This document shows positions 46,329-55,431 of a DNA stretch of 64,000 nt, piece after piece. A model generated the notes under the pieces. That model worked only from the letters and a program-made list of their open reading frames with translations, made no database searches and was not told the DNA's origin. The DNA comes from Thermoplasmatota archaeon (GTDB taxonomy: Archaea > Thermoplasmatota > Thermoplasmata > UBA10834), in assembly GCA_018814355.1 (NCBI GenBank), contig JAHIZT010000124.1, positions 479-64,478 of the forward strand, written 5' to 3'. The stretch's first letter is position 1. Each line of letters starts with the position of its first letter. Both the position numbers and the translations under genes were made by a program.

Positions 46329-47720
46329 GTGGATGGTCAGACCGAGAAGAGATCGGCCCTTGTCGTGGCCATGTTGAGCTCGTTCTTCGCACCCTTCATG
46401 GCGTCTTCAATCAATGTGGCGTTGCCTTCGATCGCGGACGAATTCGAGATGGACGCCGTTCTGCTGACCTGGGTGGCTACATCGTACCTTCTCTCGGCCG
46501 CTGTTTTCATGGTTCCCTTCGGAAAGCTGGCCGACATCCACGGTCGAAAGAGGGTGTTTATTCTCGGGATGTGGGTTGTCGGAATCGCCAGCGTCCTATG
46601 TGCCATCGCGCCGTCCTCATGGATTCTCATCGGAGCTCGCATCTTTCAGGGCCTCGGAAGCGCCATGGTTTTCGGGACCTCAATCGCCCTCCTCACATCG
46701 GTCTACCCTCCTCAAGAGAGAGGAAAGGTATTGGGGCTCACCGTCGCGGTGACATATGTGGGACTGTCTGTTGGCCCGTCTTTCGGAGGGTTCCTGACTG
46801 GCATTCTCGGATGGAGGAGCATATTCGTGTTCATACTCCCGTTCGCGGCGACTGTGATAATCGTGGCCTCCAGGCGACTGAAAGGGGAGTGGGCGGACGC
46901 AAAGGGTGAGGCCTTTGATTTTGGAGGGTCCGTCATTTACGCGTTATCACTCACGGGAGTGATACTCGGATTCTCCTTTCTTCCGGACCTTCTTGGCGTG
47001 ACCATTTCCTTGGCAGGGGTCGCTGGCATGGGTGTGTTTGTGTACTGGGAGTCTCGGTTCCAGAACCCGGTCCTGGACATGGCCCTCTTCAGGCGCAACA
47101 AGGCTTTCGCTTTCTCCAACATGGCAGCCCTGATAAACTATAGCGCGACCTTTGCGGTCACATTCCTGATGAGCCTGTACCTGCAATATGTGAAGGAACT
47201 CACGCCGGAGGAGGCAGGCCTCATACTCGTTGCCCAGCCGGTCGTTATGGCTGCTTTCTCACCGCTGGCGGGAAGGCTCTCCGACATCGTCGAGCCGCAG
47301 ATCATCTCATCCATCGGCATGGCTATCAGCGCAGTCGGCCTAGTGCTGCTTTCCTTCACGGCAGAGGAAACCTCCCTCTGGGTCATCATCGCTTCGCTCG
47401 CTGTCCTCGGGTTCGGTTTTGCTCTCTTCTCGTCCCCGAACATGAACGCGATCATGAGCTCTGTCGAGAAGAAATCCTATGGAGTGGCTTCGTCGACCGT
47501 GGGAACCATGAGGTTGGTTGGCCAGGTACTCAGCCTGGGAATAGCCACGCTCTTCATCTCCCTATATATCGGGAGCACGGACCTGACGCACGAGTTGGCG
47601 CCAGAGTTCCTCAAGAGCTTCCGGCTTTCATTCACGATCTTCGCTGCCATGTGCTTTGTCGGAGTGTTCGCCTCACTGGCTAGGGGAAAGGTGCGAAGGG
47701 ATTCTCCCAACGGCCTCTGA
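46329..47720 (+). CDS. MFS transporter (14-TM drug:H+ antiporter DHA2-like)
   Basis: 463 aa with the motif GKLADIHGRKRVFILG (MFS motif A) and ~14 hydrophobic segments. Confidence 0.8.
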   Translation: MDGQTEKRSALVVAMLSSFFAPFMASSINVALPSIADEFEMDAVLLTWVATSYLLSAAVFMVPFGKLADIHGRKRVFILGMWVVGIASVLCAIAPSSWILIGARIFQGLGSAMVFGTSIALLTSVYPPQERGKVLGLTVAVTYVGLSVGPSFGGFLTGILGWRSIFVFILPFAATVIIVASRRLKGEWADAKGEAFDFGGSVIYALSLTGVILGFSFLPDLLGVTISLAGVAGMGVFVYWESRFQNPVLDMALFRRNKAFAFSNMAALINYSATFAVTFLMSLYLQYVKELTPEEAGLILVAQPVVMAAFSPLAGRLSDIVEPQIISSIGMAISAVGLVLLSFTAEETSLWVIIASLAVLGFGFALFSSPNMNAIMSSVEKKSYGVASSTVGTMRLVGQVLSLGIATLFISLYIGSTDLTHELAPEFLKSFRLSFTIFAAMCFVGVFASLARGKVRRDSPNGL

Positions 47721-47755
47721 CTGAGATCTTGGCATAAGGAATGTAGGGTCTTCGC

Positions 47756-49813
47756 TCAGACGAACTTCACGAGCTTGCTGCTCTTCAGGTCCCTTACGAA
47801 CCTAAGCGCCATCTCCATGTCCATCGGTGTATACTCTGACGAGACCGCCTTGACGATCTCATGAAGCGATTTCTTCCCGTCCATGAAATTGAGCAGCTCG
47901 TACATCTTGTTGCCGGAGTTGTAGTCGCCCTCGTCAAGATGGCGGTACCAGTCATACTCCTTCTCGCTCAGCGTTTCCATGAGTATTTCGAGATTCAGAG
48001 TCCCCTTGAACATCCTTTTCGGGACCAGTCTCTTCGCCTCTTTGTCAGCTTTTGTCTTCTTCAGTCTCGATGGAATCTTCATTGCCGCGGTCCTGGCGAC
48101 GAATTCAGCCGCCTCTGCCAGTTTCGTAAGCTCCTTCCGGCCGTGATTCATGATGTCCCTGCAATGTCGTTCCACAACAGCATCGAGCTCCGGGTCATCG
48201 GTCAGCCTGTTCACTGATCTGACAGCCTGCTGTTCGCGCCAGATCACATGCTGCAGCCTGTTGCTGTGGTACTCTGCGGATCTCGCCAGCTCTGAGGGCT
48301 TGTTCTTGATCGTGTGTTCTTGGCTCTTCTTGAAAAGCTCCTCTGCAGCAGCGTGGCCTTCCTCAGAGATCCTGCTCAGGCCCTTTGCCACCGTCTTGCT
48401 CGCGAACCTGTACGCCGTTGTCCTGTCTGCATTTGCCAGCATGAGCGCAGCCATAGTGGTTATCCATCCGACTCTCTTCAGGCTGTCTTCGCTCACCTTG
48501 TCGATCGTGTCCTCGCTCGTGTGGTAGAACAGGTCGGGCCACTGGGTCATGCTTACGCACGGGACCGCTACGGTCGTATCGTCGAACTCCGCGTGGTCGC
48601 TGCCGGCGCTGAACGTTGTGCTAGCGTATCGGAAAGTGCTAGCTGAGCCGTGTGCTGTCCCCTTGTCGTACACCGTGATCGATTGCTCTATCAGCGAGAG
48701 AACGAAATCGTTCAGGTACGATGGCAACGAGTCAGGCGTACGGGTCAGATTCAGGGTCGATCCGCAGAGCTCCTGGTCCTGACCGACCATGTCGAGGTTA
48801 ACGCCCGCAACGAACCTGTCATGCGCGTCAGTATGCCGTTCCAGGTAGGCTACGGTGCCGAGTGTTTCCGGGACCCAGAGGAATCTGATTGTTCTCAAGG
48901 GCCTGTTGATCTTCCCAGACTCGATAAGACGCATGATCGTCCTCGCAATCTCTAGGAGCGTTCCGCTTCCAGACGCATTGTCGTTTGCGCTGGGTTTTGG
49001 ATGGCAAAGGTGGGCGATGACGAACACCTCATCCTTCGATTTGGCGGTTCCGGGTATGGTCGCGGTCACAACCTCCTCCCAGCCAGAGAACAGCTTCGCG
49101 TCGACACTGGCAAGAAGCTTGACCTTCTTGCCGCTTGAGAGGAACTTGCGAATCTGGGTTCCTTGGCGTCTGGATATCGAGAATCCGAACCTGGTCTTCT
49201 TGATCTCCTTTCCCTTGGGCCAGATGCCGTTGTAGGAGTGCGCGTCCGGGAGGTCAAGAGTCTCCCTGACATGTGGTAGTTCGATCGCGATTGAGTCGGT
49301 GATCACGCCCGCTGCCCCACGTTTGAAAACCGCTTCCTCATGTACTCTATCTGCTCTGCCGGTCGCGAGGACGATCTTCCCTTTCACGCTCTTGTCTTTG
49401 TAGTCCTCAGATCTCATGCCGGATCCAACATCGACGAGCCCGGCTGTGATCCCGTCCTTCGGAGTACCGTTGCTGAAAGTGTGAAGGCTCTGAGGGATGT
49501 CCTCGTACCTTGCAAGAAGCCTGTTCTCAGGCTCCAGGATCCTTAGCTCTGCGCGTCTGACTGTCCATCCGACCGGAGAAAGATACGTCCAGTATCGGCA
49601 CTTGCCATCAGCAACGAACCGTTCAATTCGCGCATCCTTGAGCCCTAGCCCTCTCGCTTCGCTACGAACGTATTCTGCAGCGTCGTGATACATCGTCGAC
49701 CCCTGGATCCTGTGGAACCTTGAGATCTGGGTGACATACGATCTCGCGATGCTCCCGGAGAGCTCCTCCTTGACTGCCTTGCTGAAATCCATCGACAAAC
49801 CTGAGATTCTCAA
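47756..49813 (-). CDS. M28-family zinc peptidase with PA/TfR-like architecture
   Basis: Metal-ligand motifs HLCHPKPSANDNASGSG and HTSEDTIDKV. 685 aa. Confidence 0.7.
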   Translation of the reverse strand: MRISGLSMDFSKAVKEELSGSIARSYVTQISRFHRIQGSTMYHDAAEYVRSEARGLGLKDARIERFVADGKCRYWTYLSPVGWTVRRAELRILEPENRLLARYEDIPQSLHTFSNGTPKDGITAGLVDVGSGMRSEDYKDKSVKGKIVLATGRADRVHEEAVFKRGAAGVITDSIAIELPHVRETLDLPDAHSYNGIWPKGKEIKKTRFGFSISRRQGTQIRKFLSSGKKVKLLASVDAKLFSGWEEVVTATIPGTAKSKDEVFVIAHLCHPKPSANDNASGSGTLLEIARTIMRLIESGKINRPLRTIRFLWVPETLGTVAYLERHTDAHDRFVAGVNLDMVGQDQELCGSTLNLTRTPDSLPSYLNDFVLSLIEQSITVYDKGTAHGSASTFRYASTTFSAGSDHAEFDDTTVAVPCVSMTQWPDLFYHTSEDTIDKVSEDSLKRVGWITTMAALMLANADRTTAYRFASKTVAKGLSRISEEGHAAAEELFKKSQEHTIKNKPSELARSAEYHSNRLQHVIWREQQAVRSVNRLTDDPELDAVVERHCRDIMNHGRKELTKLAEAAEFVARTAAMKIPSRLKKTKADKEAKRLVPKRMFKGTLNLEILMETLSEKEYDWYRHLDEGDYNSGNKMYELLNFMDGKKSLHEIVKAVSSEYTPMDMEMALRFVRDLKSSKLVKFV

Positions 49814-49887
49814 AGGCTCCTATGCATAAGAAGGTTGCCAATATCCGTGGATATGGGTCAGCGTGAACCGGCCGCACATGGGCTTGA

Positions 49888-50298
49888 TCACTTGTCCTTT
49901 TCCTCTTCGAACTTGAGCGCTGCAGAGTTGATGCAGTATCTCTGTCCTGTCGGAGCTGGCCCGTCGTCGAACAGGTGTCCGAGGTGACTTCCGCATTTGC
50001 TGCACAGTACTTCGGTTCTTCTCATGAATAGACTCAAGTCGAGCTTGAACTCCATCTTCTCTTCGTCTTTGGGTGCGTAGAAGCTAGGCCAGCCGCAGCC
50101 TGCATCGAACTTCGTTTCGGATATGAAAAGCTCGTTTCCGCAGGCGGCGCACTTGTAGACCCCTTCCTTCTTGTTGTCCACATACTCACCAGTGAAGGGT
50201 CTCTCGGTCGCCTTCTGCCTTAGGACTCTGAATTGGTCTGGAGTCAATGTCTTCTTCCATTCCTCGTCGGTCTTCTTGATCTTGATCATCGTTGCCAA
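49888..50298 (-). CDS. msrB: Peptide methionine-R-sulfoxide reductase MsrB
   Basis: CAACGNELF...CGWPSF...[17 protein letters not shown], with the SelR zinc and catalytic Cys motifs. Confidence 0.9.
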   Translation of the reverse strand: MATMIKIKKTDEEWKKTLTPDQFRVLRQKATERPFTGEYVDNKKEGVYKCAACGNELFISETKFDAGCGWPSFYAPKDEEKMEFKLDLSLFMRRTEVLCSKCGSHLGHLFDDGPAPTGQRYCINSAALKFEEEKDK

Positions 50299-50432
50299 GC
50301 CAGCGAGCTATGTAGTTTAATCATTTCCCCGATAGGCTGCGCCCTCGGAACAACTGTAGTCCTGATGGCCAGATCGAGCTCGATCCGATTCGTACGGTCC
50401 CAGCCATGATGACTGAGTCGGCCGCTCGGCCC

Positions 50433-50990
50433 TCAGTTCTTGTTCATCCCGAATTCCTCGTAGCTCAGGATCTCGTCCATCTTCTTCCTGTTGCGCGATC
50501 TCGCGACTTTCGCGGTGAGGTCCAGCTTCTCTCTAGTGTATCCGACCGCGAGCATGGCGACGATTCTGAGCTCCTCAGGAACCTTGAGAGCCTTCCTTAC
50601 CCTATTCTCGTAGAAGCTGCCTATCCAGCATGTGCCCAGACCTTCCGCAGTCGCAGCGATGACCATCTGCTGCATCGCGATCGTCACATCGATCACATTC
50701 CATCCAGGAGATTTCTTCTTGTTCCCGCACCCGACTATGACGACAGGTGATTCTGTGAGGAACTTCGCCCATTTCCCGTCCGATAGCGCCTTCCGCCTCT
50801 CAGGGTCTTTGACCACGATGAAATGCCACGGCTGTATGTTGGAGGCAGACGGAGCGATCCTTCCCGTCTCAAGTACCTTCATCAGGACATCGTCCGGCAC
50901 CGGCCGGGAATCATACGCTCTCACTGACCTTCTCCTCTCAATCGCCTCGAAGACTTCCAAATCTAACACACTCCTCAGCAGAGGCGGCAA
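50433..50990 (-). CDS. Nitroreductase family protein
   Basis: RRSVRAY...PSASNIQPWHFIVV, characteristic of the FMN-dependent nitroreductase fold. Confidence 0.8.
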   Translation of the reverse strand: MPPLLRSVLDLEVFEAIERRRSVRAYDSRPVPDDVLMKVLETGRIAPSASNIQPWHFIVVKDPERRKALSDGKWAKFLTESPVVIVGCGNKKKSPGWNVIDVTIAMQQMVIAATAEGLGTCWIGSFYENRVRKALKVPEELRIVAMLAVGYTREKLDLTAKVARSRNRKKMDEILSYEEFGMNKN

Positions 50991-51454
50991 TGAGCAAGGC
51001 CGCGCTTCTGCAGATATTGCTGATGATAATCCTCCGCCCGGTAAAACTCCTTTGCGGTCACGATTTCCGTAACGATGCGCTTCTTATTGAACCGGTCCGA
51101 GCTCTGGAGTTTGTCCCGGGAGGCTATGGCGGCTGTCTTCTGCTTTTCGTCATGGTAGAATATGGCTGACCTGTACTGCGAGCCGAAGTCGGGGCCCTGC
51201 CGGTTCGGTGTTGTGGGGTCGTGCGACTCCCAGAAGACCTTGAGCAGGTCCTCATATGACACCACTGATGGGTCGTATTCCACCTGCACGACCTCTGCAT
51301 GGCTCGTCTTGTCCGTGCACACTTCCTCGTAGGTTGGATTCCTTGTGGTCCCTCCTGTGTATCCAACGGTCGTCGACCTGACCCCGTTGACCTTTCGAAA
51401 AGCCTCTTCGACTCTCCAGAAACAGCCCGCTGCGAACGTGGCTCGCTCAGTCAT
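50975..51454 (-). CDS. msrA: Peptide methionine-S-sulfoxide reductase MsrA
   Basis: ATFAAGCFWRVEEAF (GCFWC-type active site) and GYTGG...TDKTSHAEVV. Confidence 0.9.
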   Translation of the reverse strand: MTERATFAAGCFWRVEEAFRKVNGVRSTTVGYTGGTTRNPTYEEVCTDKTSHAEVVQVEYDPSVVSYEDLLKVFWESHDPTTPNRQGPDFGSQYRSAIFYHDEKQKTAAIASRDKLQSSDRFNKKRIVTEIVTAKEFYRAEDYHQQYLQKRGLAHCRLC

Positions 51455-51773
51455 GTTTCAGGATTATGAGAGGCTGTGGGATTACCTTTTCCCCCAATAC
51501 TCGCGTGACTGAGGACATTGACCTAGACGACCAATCTCCGCTTTATCATGTTGACTGACACGATGAAGACACGAACACCCAAATCTCGGGGACCTGGCGG
51601 ATTTCGTTATGCTGATGCTTCCGATGATATTCCTACTCGTGTTCGCAATCGGCTATCTGTTGGTAGCGCTGTCGGTAATGGGCTGGCAGATCACGCAGGA
51701 ACACAAATGATATCTGTTTCATGCTCCCTTGACGTGCCAGGAATGATCCGGGCCACTTCGTCGGACTAGCAGG

Positions 51774-52544
51774 GTGGGGGACCATATGATAGAACCGAAA
51801 CGCGCGATTGTCCGTGAACCAGGGAAGAACTACACACAGTGCATTTCCTGTCATCGCTTGAGAGACACCATAGATATGGTTCTTGTCAGAGAGCAGCACG
51901 CCCGTTACAGAAAGACACTCACTGACCTGGGCCTGGAAATCATATCCGTCCCGCCGGACGACGGGCACGCGGATGCGTGCTTTGTGGAGGACAATGCTGT
52001 AGTCCACGGCAAGAAGTCGTTGATCTGCCGTATGGGGGCAGAGAGCAGGCGCGGAGAGGAGAGCGCTATCGAGGAGGTCCTGAAGCAGTATGTCAGAACG
52101 AAACGGGCGACGACTCCCGCGACTGTCGAAGGCGGGGATGTTGTGCACTTCAACGATCGGCTGCTTAGCGGTGTCAGCGAGCGAACGAACCAGGAAGGCG
52201 TTTCACAGATGAGAAAATGGCTCGAGGTCAGAGTTGATACGATTGTGGACCCCGGGATCATGCACCTGAAGAACTACGTTACGTCATTGGGCAGGGACAC
52301 GGTGATATCGACACAGAGATACGCCAAGCACGTCGCACTTAGGGATCTGTCTGCAATCATAGTCCCCGAGGACGAGGAGTACGCAGCCGACACGCTCACA
52401 GTCGGAGATACGGTGATCATGCCCGCGGGCCGCCCGCGTGCGCTGGAGCTAGTCTGCAAAGCTGGGTTCAAAGTCGTCTCAATGGACATGAGCGAATTCG
52501 AGAAATGCGGTGGAGCTTTGACATGCTTGTCGCTTCTTCTGTAG
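51774..52544 (+). CDS. Amidinotransferase-superfamily enzyme (dimethylarginine dimethylaminohydrolase / DDAH-like)
   Basis: C-terminal catalytic motif EFEKCGGALTCLSLL (the nucleophilic Cys is the penultimate conserved C), central His/Asp regions, ~250 aa. Confidence 0.7.
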   Translation: MGDHMIEPKRAIVREPGKNYTQCISCHRLRDTIDMVLVREQHARYRKTLTDLGLEIISVPPDDGHADACFVEDNAVVHGKKSLICRMGAESRRGEESAIEEVLKQYVRTKRATTPATVEGGDVVHFNDRLLSGVSERTNQEGVSQMRKWLEVRVDTIVDPGIMHLKNYVTSLGRDTVISTQRYAKHVALRDLSAIIVPEDEEYAADTLTVGDTVIMPAGRPRALELVCKAGFKVVSMDMSEFEKCGGALTCLSLLL

Positions 52545-52607
52545 AAGATGCGATTCATAGAGAGGTTGCTGCACCACGATTCTCTGTAGAATCAGACCAC
52601 GCTTGCG

Positions 52608-52757
52608 CTAGTGCTTCACCCAGCCGTTGGCCTCTTCGTGATGGTAGAGTTCCATACCGCAACGTGCGCAATAACTGTCCTTGTGTTCGTTGTGAGCTCC
52701 ACAATGAGGGCATCTCGTAGCAACCACTTCCGAGATGAGATTCTCTGTGGAGGTCAT
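52608..52757 (-). CDS. Small zinc-ribbon protein (49 aa; CPHCG...CARCG), not in the supplied ORF track
   Basis: The minus-strand translation MTSTENLISEVVATRCPHCGAHNEHKDSYCARCGMELYHHEEANGWVKH has two CxxCG knuckles with a 9-aa spacer. Confidence 0.4.
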   Translation of the reverse strand: MTSTENLISEVVATRCPHCGAHNEHKDSYCARCGMELYHHEEANGWVKH

Positions 52758-52895
52758 ATATGGTTTTCGGCACGATTATCAGTTAGTGAACCATCAAAGG
52801 ATATATGGAGCGAGGTCTATGCACCAATCGGCCAGAGGTGGGGAATCGAGTCAGTTAGCAGTCTGTCGAATGTAGACAGGACCCGATGAACGCTT

Positions 52896-54299
52896 TTGGC
52901 GTGGGAGGTGAGCGCGATGGTACAGATACTCGATGTCATGGAGAAGGCCTTGACAGGTCTGCCTCTGAGCGAAAACGACTACCAGCTCAGGAGGTTCGCC
53001 CCGAAGGTCCAGGAGAAAGTCAGGGAATTCAAGATCAGGTACGACCCAGAGAACCCGGTCCCGAGCGACAACTCCCTCGCGGACGATCTCTTCGAGGCCG
53101 GTTTGGAGCTGTTGGTTGATGTGGGCGCTTATTGCATAGACAGCGGTAGAGTGATCTCGTTCACCGAATCGGAGGTAAGGACCGCTCTCAGGAACGCTCC
53201 TGACAGACTCGAGATGGGCGAGGGTAAGGATAGGAAGACCTTCATGCCAAGGAAGATCGGGGACAGGACGAAGCCATGGTGCCTATTGGGCGCCGCCGGA
53301 GGAGCGGTCTCCGGTGATGAGGCGTTCGCGACTCTAATGGAAGGTTACGCTGAGATACCCGAGGTCGATGCCATCACGACGCCAGCCTTGACGCGCGTGG
53401 GCGGAATGAGGATCAGGCCGAGGTCTCCCCTTGAGGTTCTGGGCGCAATGAGGAGCGCAGCGCTGGGCCGGGAAGCGTGCAACAGAGCAGGCAGACAGGG
53501 CATTCCGTTCATGAACACTCTCTCCACAGCGGAATCCGCCATCGCTCTTGCGGCTGCGATGCATCCCAAGTACGGCCTGAGGCCATCGGACGGCTTCATG
53601 ATTGCGAGCATGGACCCGATGAAGATAGATTTCGACAGGCTGAACAAGGTCACGGTGGCCTTGTCGATGGGTGCTCCAATCGGCATGGATTTCGCCCCTC
53701 TCATGGGTGGATATTCAGGCGGACCCGAGGGGACTGCCGTCACGACCGTCGCGAGCCATATGATGGGCCTACTGACCCTTCAGACGAGCTATCTGATACC
53801 GTTCCCGCTACATCTGAAGTACGTCTCGAACAGCAGCAGGGACATGCTTTGGATCATAAGCGCGATGGGCCAGGCGATCAGCAGGAACACCCACCTGCTC
53901 AGCCTGAGCCTGAACTACACAGCTGCGGGTCCGGCCACGCCCATGGTCCTTCAGGAGACCTCGGCTTCTGCGATTTCGGCAGTAGCATCTGGGCTCTCAG
54001 TCGAGTCAGTAGGCGCGGCGCAGAACAAATACGAGGACAGGATGTCGCCTGTCGAGCCAAGAATCTCTGGCGAGGTGGCGCACGCAGTTGCGGGGATCAA
54101 GCTGCAAGAGGCAAATGAGATTGTCAAAAGCCTATTGAAGAAGTACGAGAAGAAGCTCCCGAATCCACCTCTGGGAAAGACGCTCTGGGAGTGCTGGGAT
54201 TCTGAGAAGCGGAGGCCCACCAAGGAGCATAGCGCGGTCGTGAGGAAGTTCAAGAAGGAGATGCTGGACCTAGGAGTGGAGCTGAGGCCTGAGGAATAG
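52896..54299 (+). CDS. Monomethylamine methyltransferase MtmB-family homolog lacking the pyrrolysine (UAG) codon
   Basis: Collinear similarity to MtmB: DDLFEAGLELLVDVGAYCIDSGRVISFTESEV vs EKLFKAGFEMLLECGIYCTDTHRIVKYTEDEI; MGGYSGGPEGTAVTTVASHM vs FGGYAGGIEETTIVDVATHI; and the C-terminal GKTLWECWD vs GKTFQECYD. At the Pyl position (AGRPGMGV-O-GPETSLS), this protein has AGRQGIPFMNTLS: a 3-aa deletion and no TAG. Confidence 0.75.
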   Translation: MAWEVSAMVQILDVMEKALTGLPLSENDYQLRRFAPKVQEKVREFKIRYDPENPVPSDNSLADDLFEAGLELLVDVGAYCIDSGRVISFTESEVRTALRNAPDRLEMGEGKDRKTFMPRKIGDRTKPWCLLGAAGGAVSGDEAFATLMEGYAEIPEVDAITTPALTRVGGMRIRPRSPLEVLGAMRSAALGREACNRAGRQGIPFMNTLSTAESAIALAAAMHPKYGLRPSDGFMIASMDPMKIDFDRLNKVTVALSMGAPIGMDFAPLMGGYSGGPEGTAVTTVASHMMGLLTLQTSYLIPFPLHLKYVSNSSRDMLWIISAMGQAISRNTHLLSLSLNYTAAGPATPMVLQETSASAISAVASGLSVESVGAAQNKYEDRMSPVEPRISGEVAHAVAGIKLQEANEIVKSLLKKYEKKLPNPPLGKTLWECWDSEKRRPTKEHSAVVRKFKKEMLDLGVELRPEE

Positions 54300-54314
54300 G
54301 TCCATAGGTCAGAC

Positions 54315-55268
54315 TCATGACGGTAGGCCAAGCGTCTCCATGTCGATGTTACCGCCCGAGATTACAACGGCCACCTTCTCTCCTTTTTCTAGCTTGATCT
54401 TCCCTTGCATTATCGCCGCCGGCCCGACCACAGCGGAACCTTCGACCACCTGACGCTCGTTCTTCAGCAGCCACAGAATCGCGCTTTTCAGCTTCTCCTC
54501 ATCAGCGAGAACGATGTCGTCGAACCACTTAAGGGCTAGATCTAGATTGAGCTGCGTTATGCCGCCTACCAGTCCCTCACAGATCGTCGGAGGTACAGGG
54601 ACCTCGACGAGCTTTCCTGCTCTGAAGCATTCGTGCAAAGTATGGGCAGCGGTCGACTGCGCCCCCACGATCCTGATTTTCGGATTGACGGTCTTTGCCC
54701 AGACTGCGGTGCCTGTAAGGAGACCCCCTCCCCCTACGGGACACAGGATGGTCTCGACATCAGGCAGGTCTTCGAGTATCTCGTGACCGACAGTCCCATG
54801 GCCGGCGAACACGTTGTAGTCATCTGTCCCGGACAAGTACGGCCTGCTGCTCTTCTTGGCCAGCTCCTGACAATACGTATACGCCTCATCGAAGTATCTG
54901 CCGTGTAGAACGATCTCGGCTCCGAGCGCCCTGCATCTCTCGACCTTGACTCTTGGAGTGTTTGCAGGAACGCATATCGTTGCCTTGATGCCAAGGTTCC
55001 TCGCCCCTAGTGCGACTCCTAGCGCCCAGTTGCCTGCGGAGGCGGTGACAACGCCTCCATTCCTCTCCTCGGGTGTAAGCAGACTCATCCTAAAGAGCGC
55101 TCCGCGGGGTTTGTACGATCCTGTCATCTGCAGGTTCTCCCACTTCAGATATATCTCGGCTCCGCTGATATCGCTCAGCGCCTTCGAGTGAGTCAGCGGG
55201 GTCCTGTTGACTAGGCCAGTCAAAACCCTCCTCGCCTTCAAGACGTCGACCGCTGTTGTGCTCACCAT
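54315..55268 (-). CDS. PLP-dependent threonine/serine dehydratase-like enzyme (tryptophan-synthase beta superfamily)
   Basis: PLP-Lys motif variant LQMTGSYKPRGALF (canonical SFKIRGA), a Gly-rich loop GGGGLLTG, 317 aa. Confidence 0.75.
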   Translation of the reverse strand: MVSTTAVDVLKARRVLTGLVNRTPLTHSKALSDISGAEIYLKWENLQMTGSYKPRGALFRMSLLTPEERNGGVVTASAGNWALGVALGARNLGIKATICVPANTPRVKVERCRALGAEIVLHGRYFDEAYTYCQELAKKSSRPYLSGTDDYNVFAGHGTVGHEILEDLPDVETILCPVGGGGLLTGTAVWAKTVNPKIRIVGAQSTAAHTLHECFRAGKLVEVPVPPTICEGLVGGITQLNLDLALKWFDDIVLADEEKLKSAILWLLKNERQVVEGSAVVGPAAIMQGKIKLEKGEKVAVVISGGNIDMETLGLPS

Positions 55269-55431
55269 TGCTCAACTCCGGACGGCTTCGATTCGTATCC
55301 AGCGCAGCCTGAAACGATACACGTTGTATTAACCTTTGAGATGGAAGCCAAAGAATACCTGTGACTAGAAACAGGACAAAAGAGGTTTGCGAAAATGGTT
55401 TGCTGGCCGGGAGCGTATCCCGGTCGTGCGC

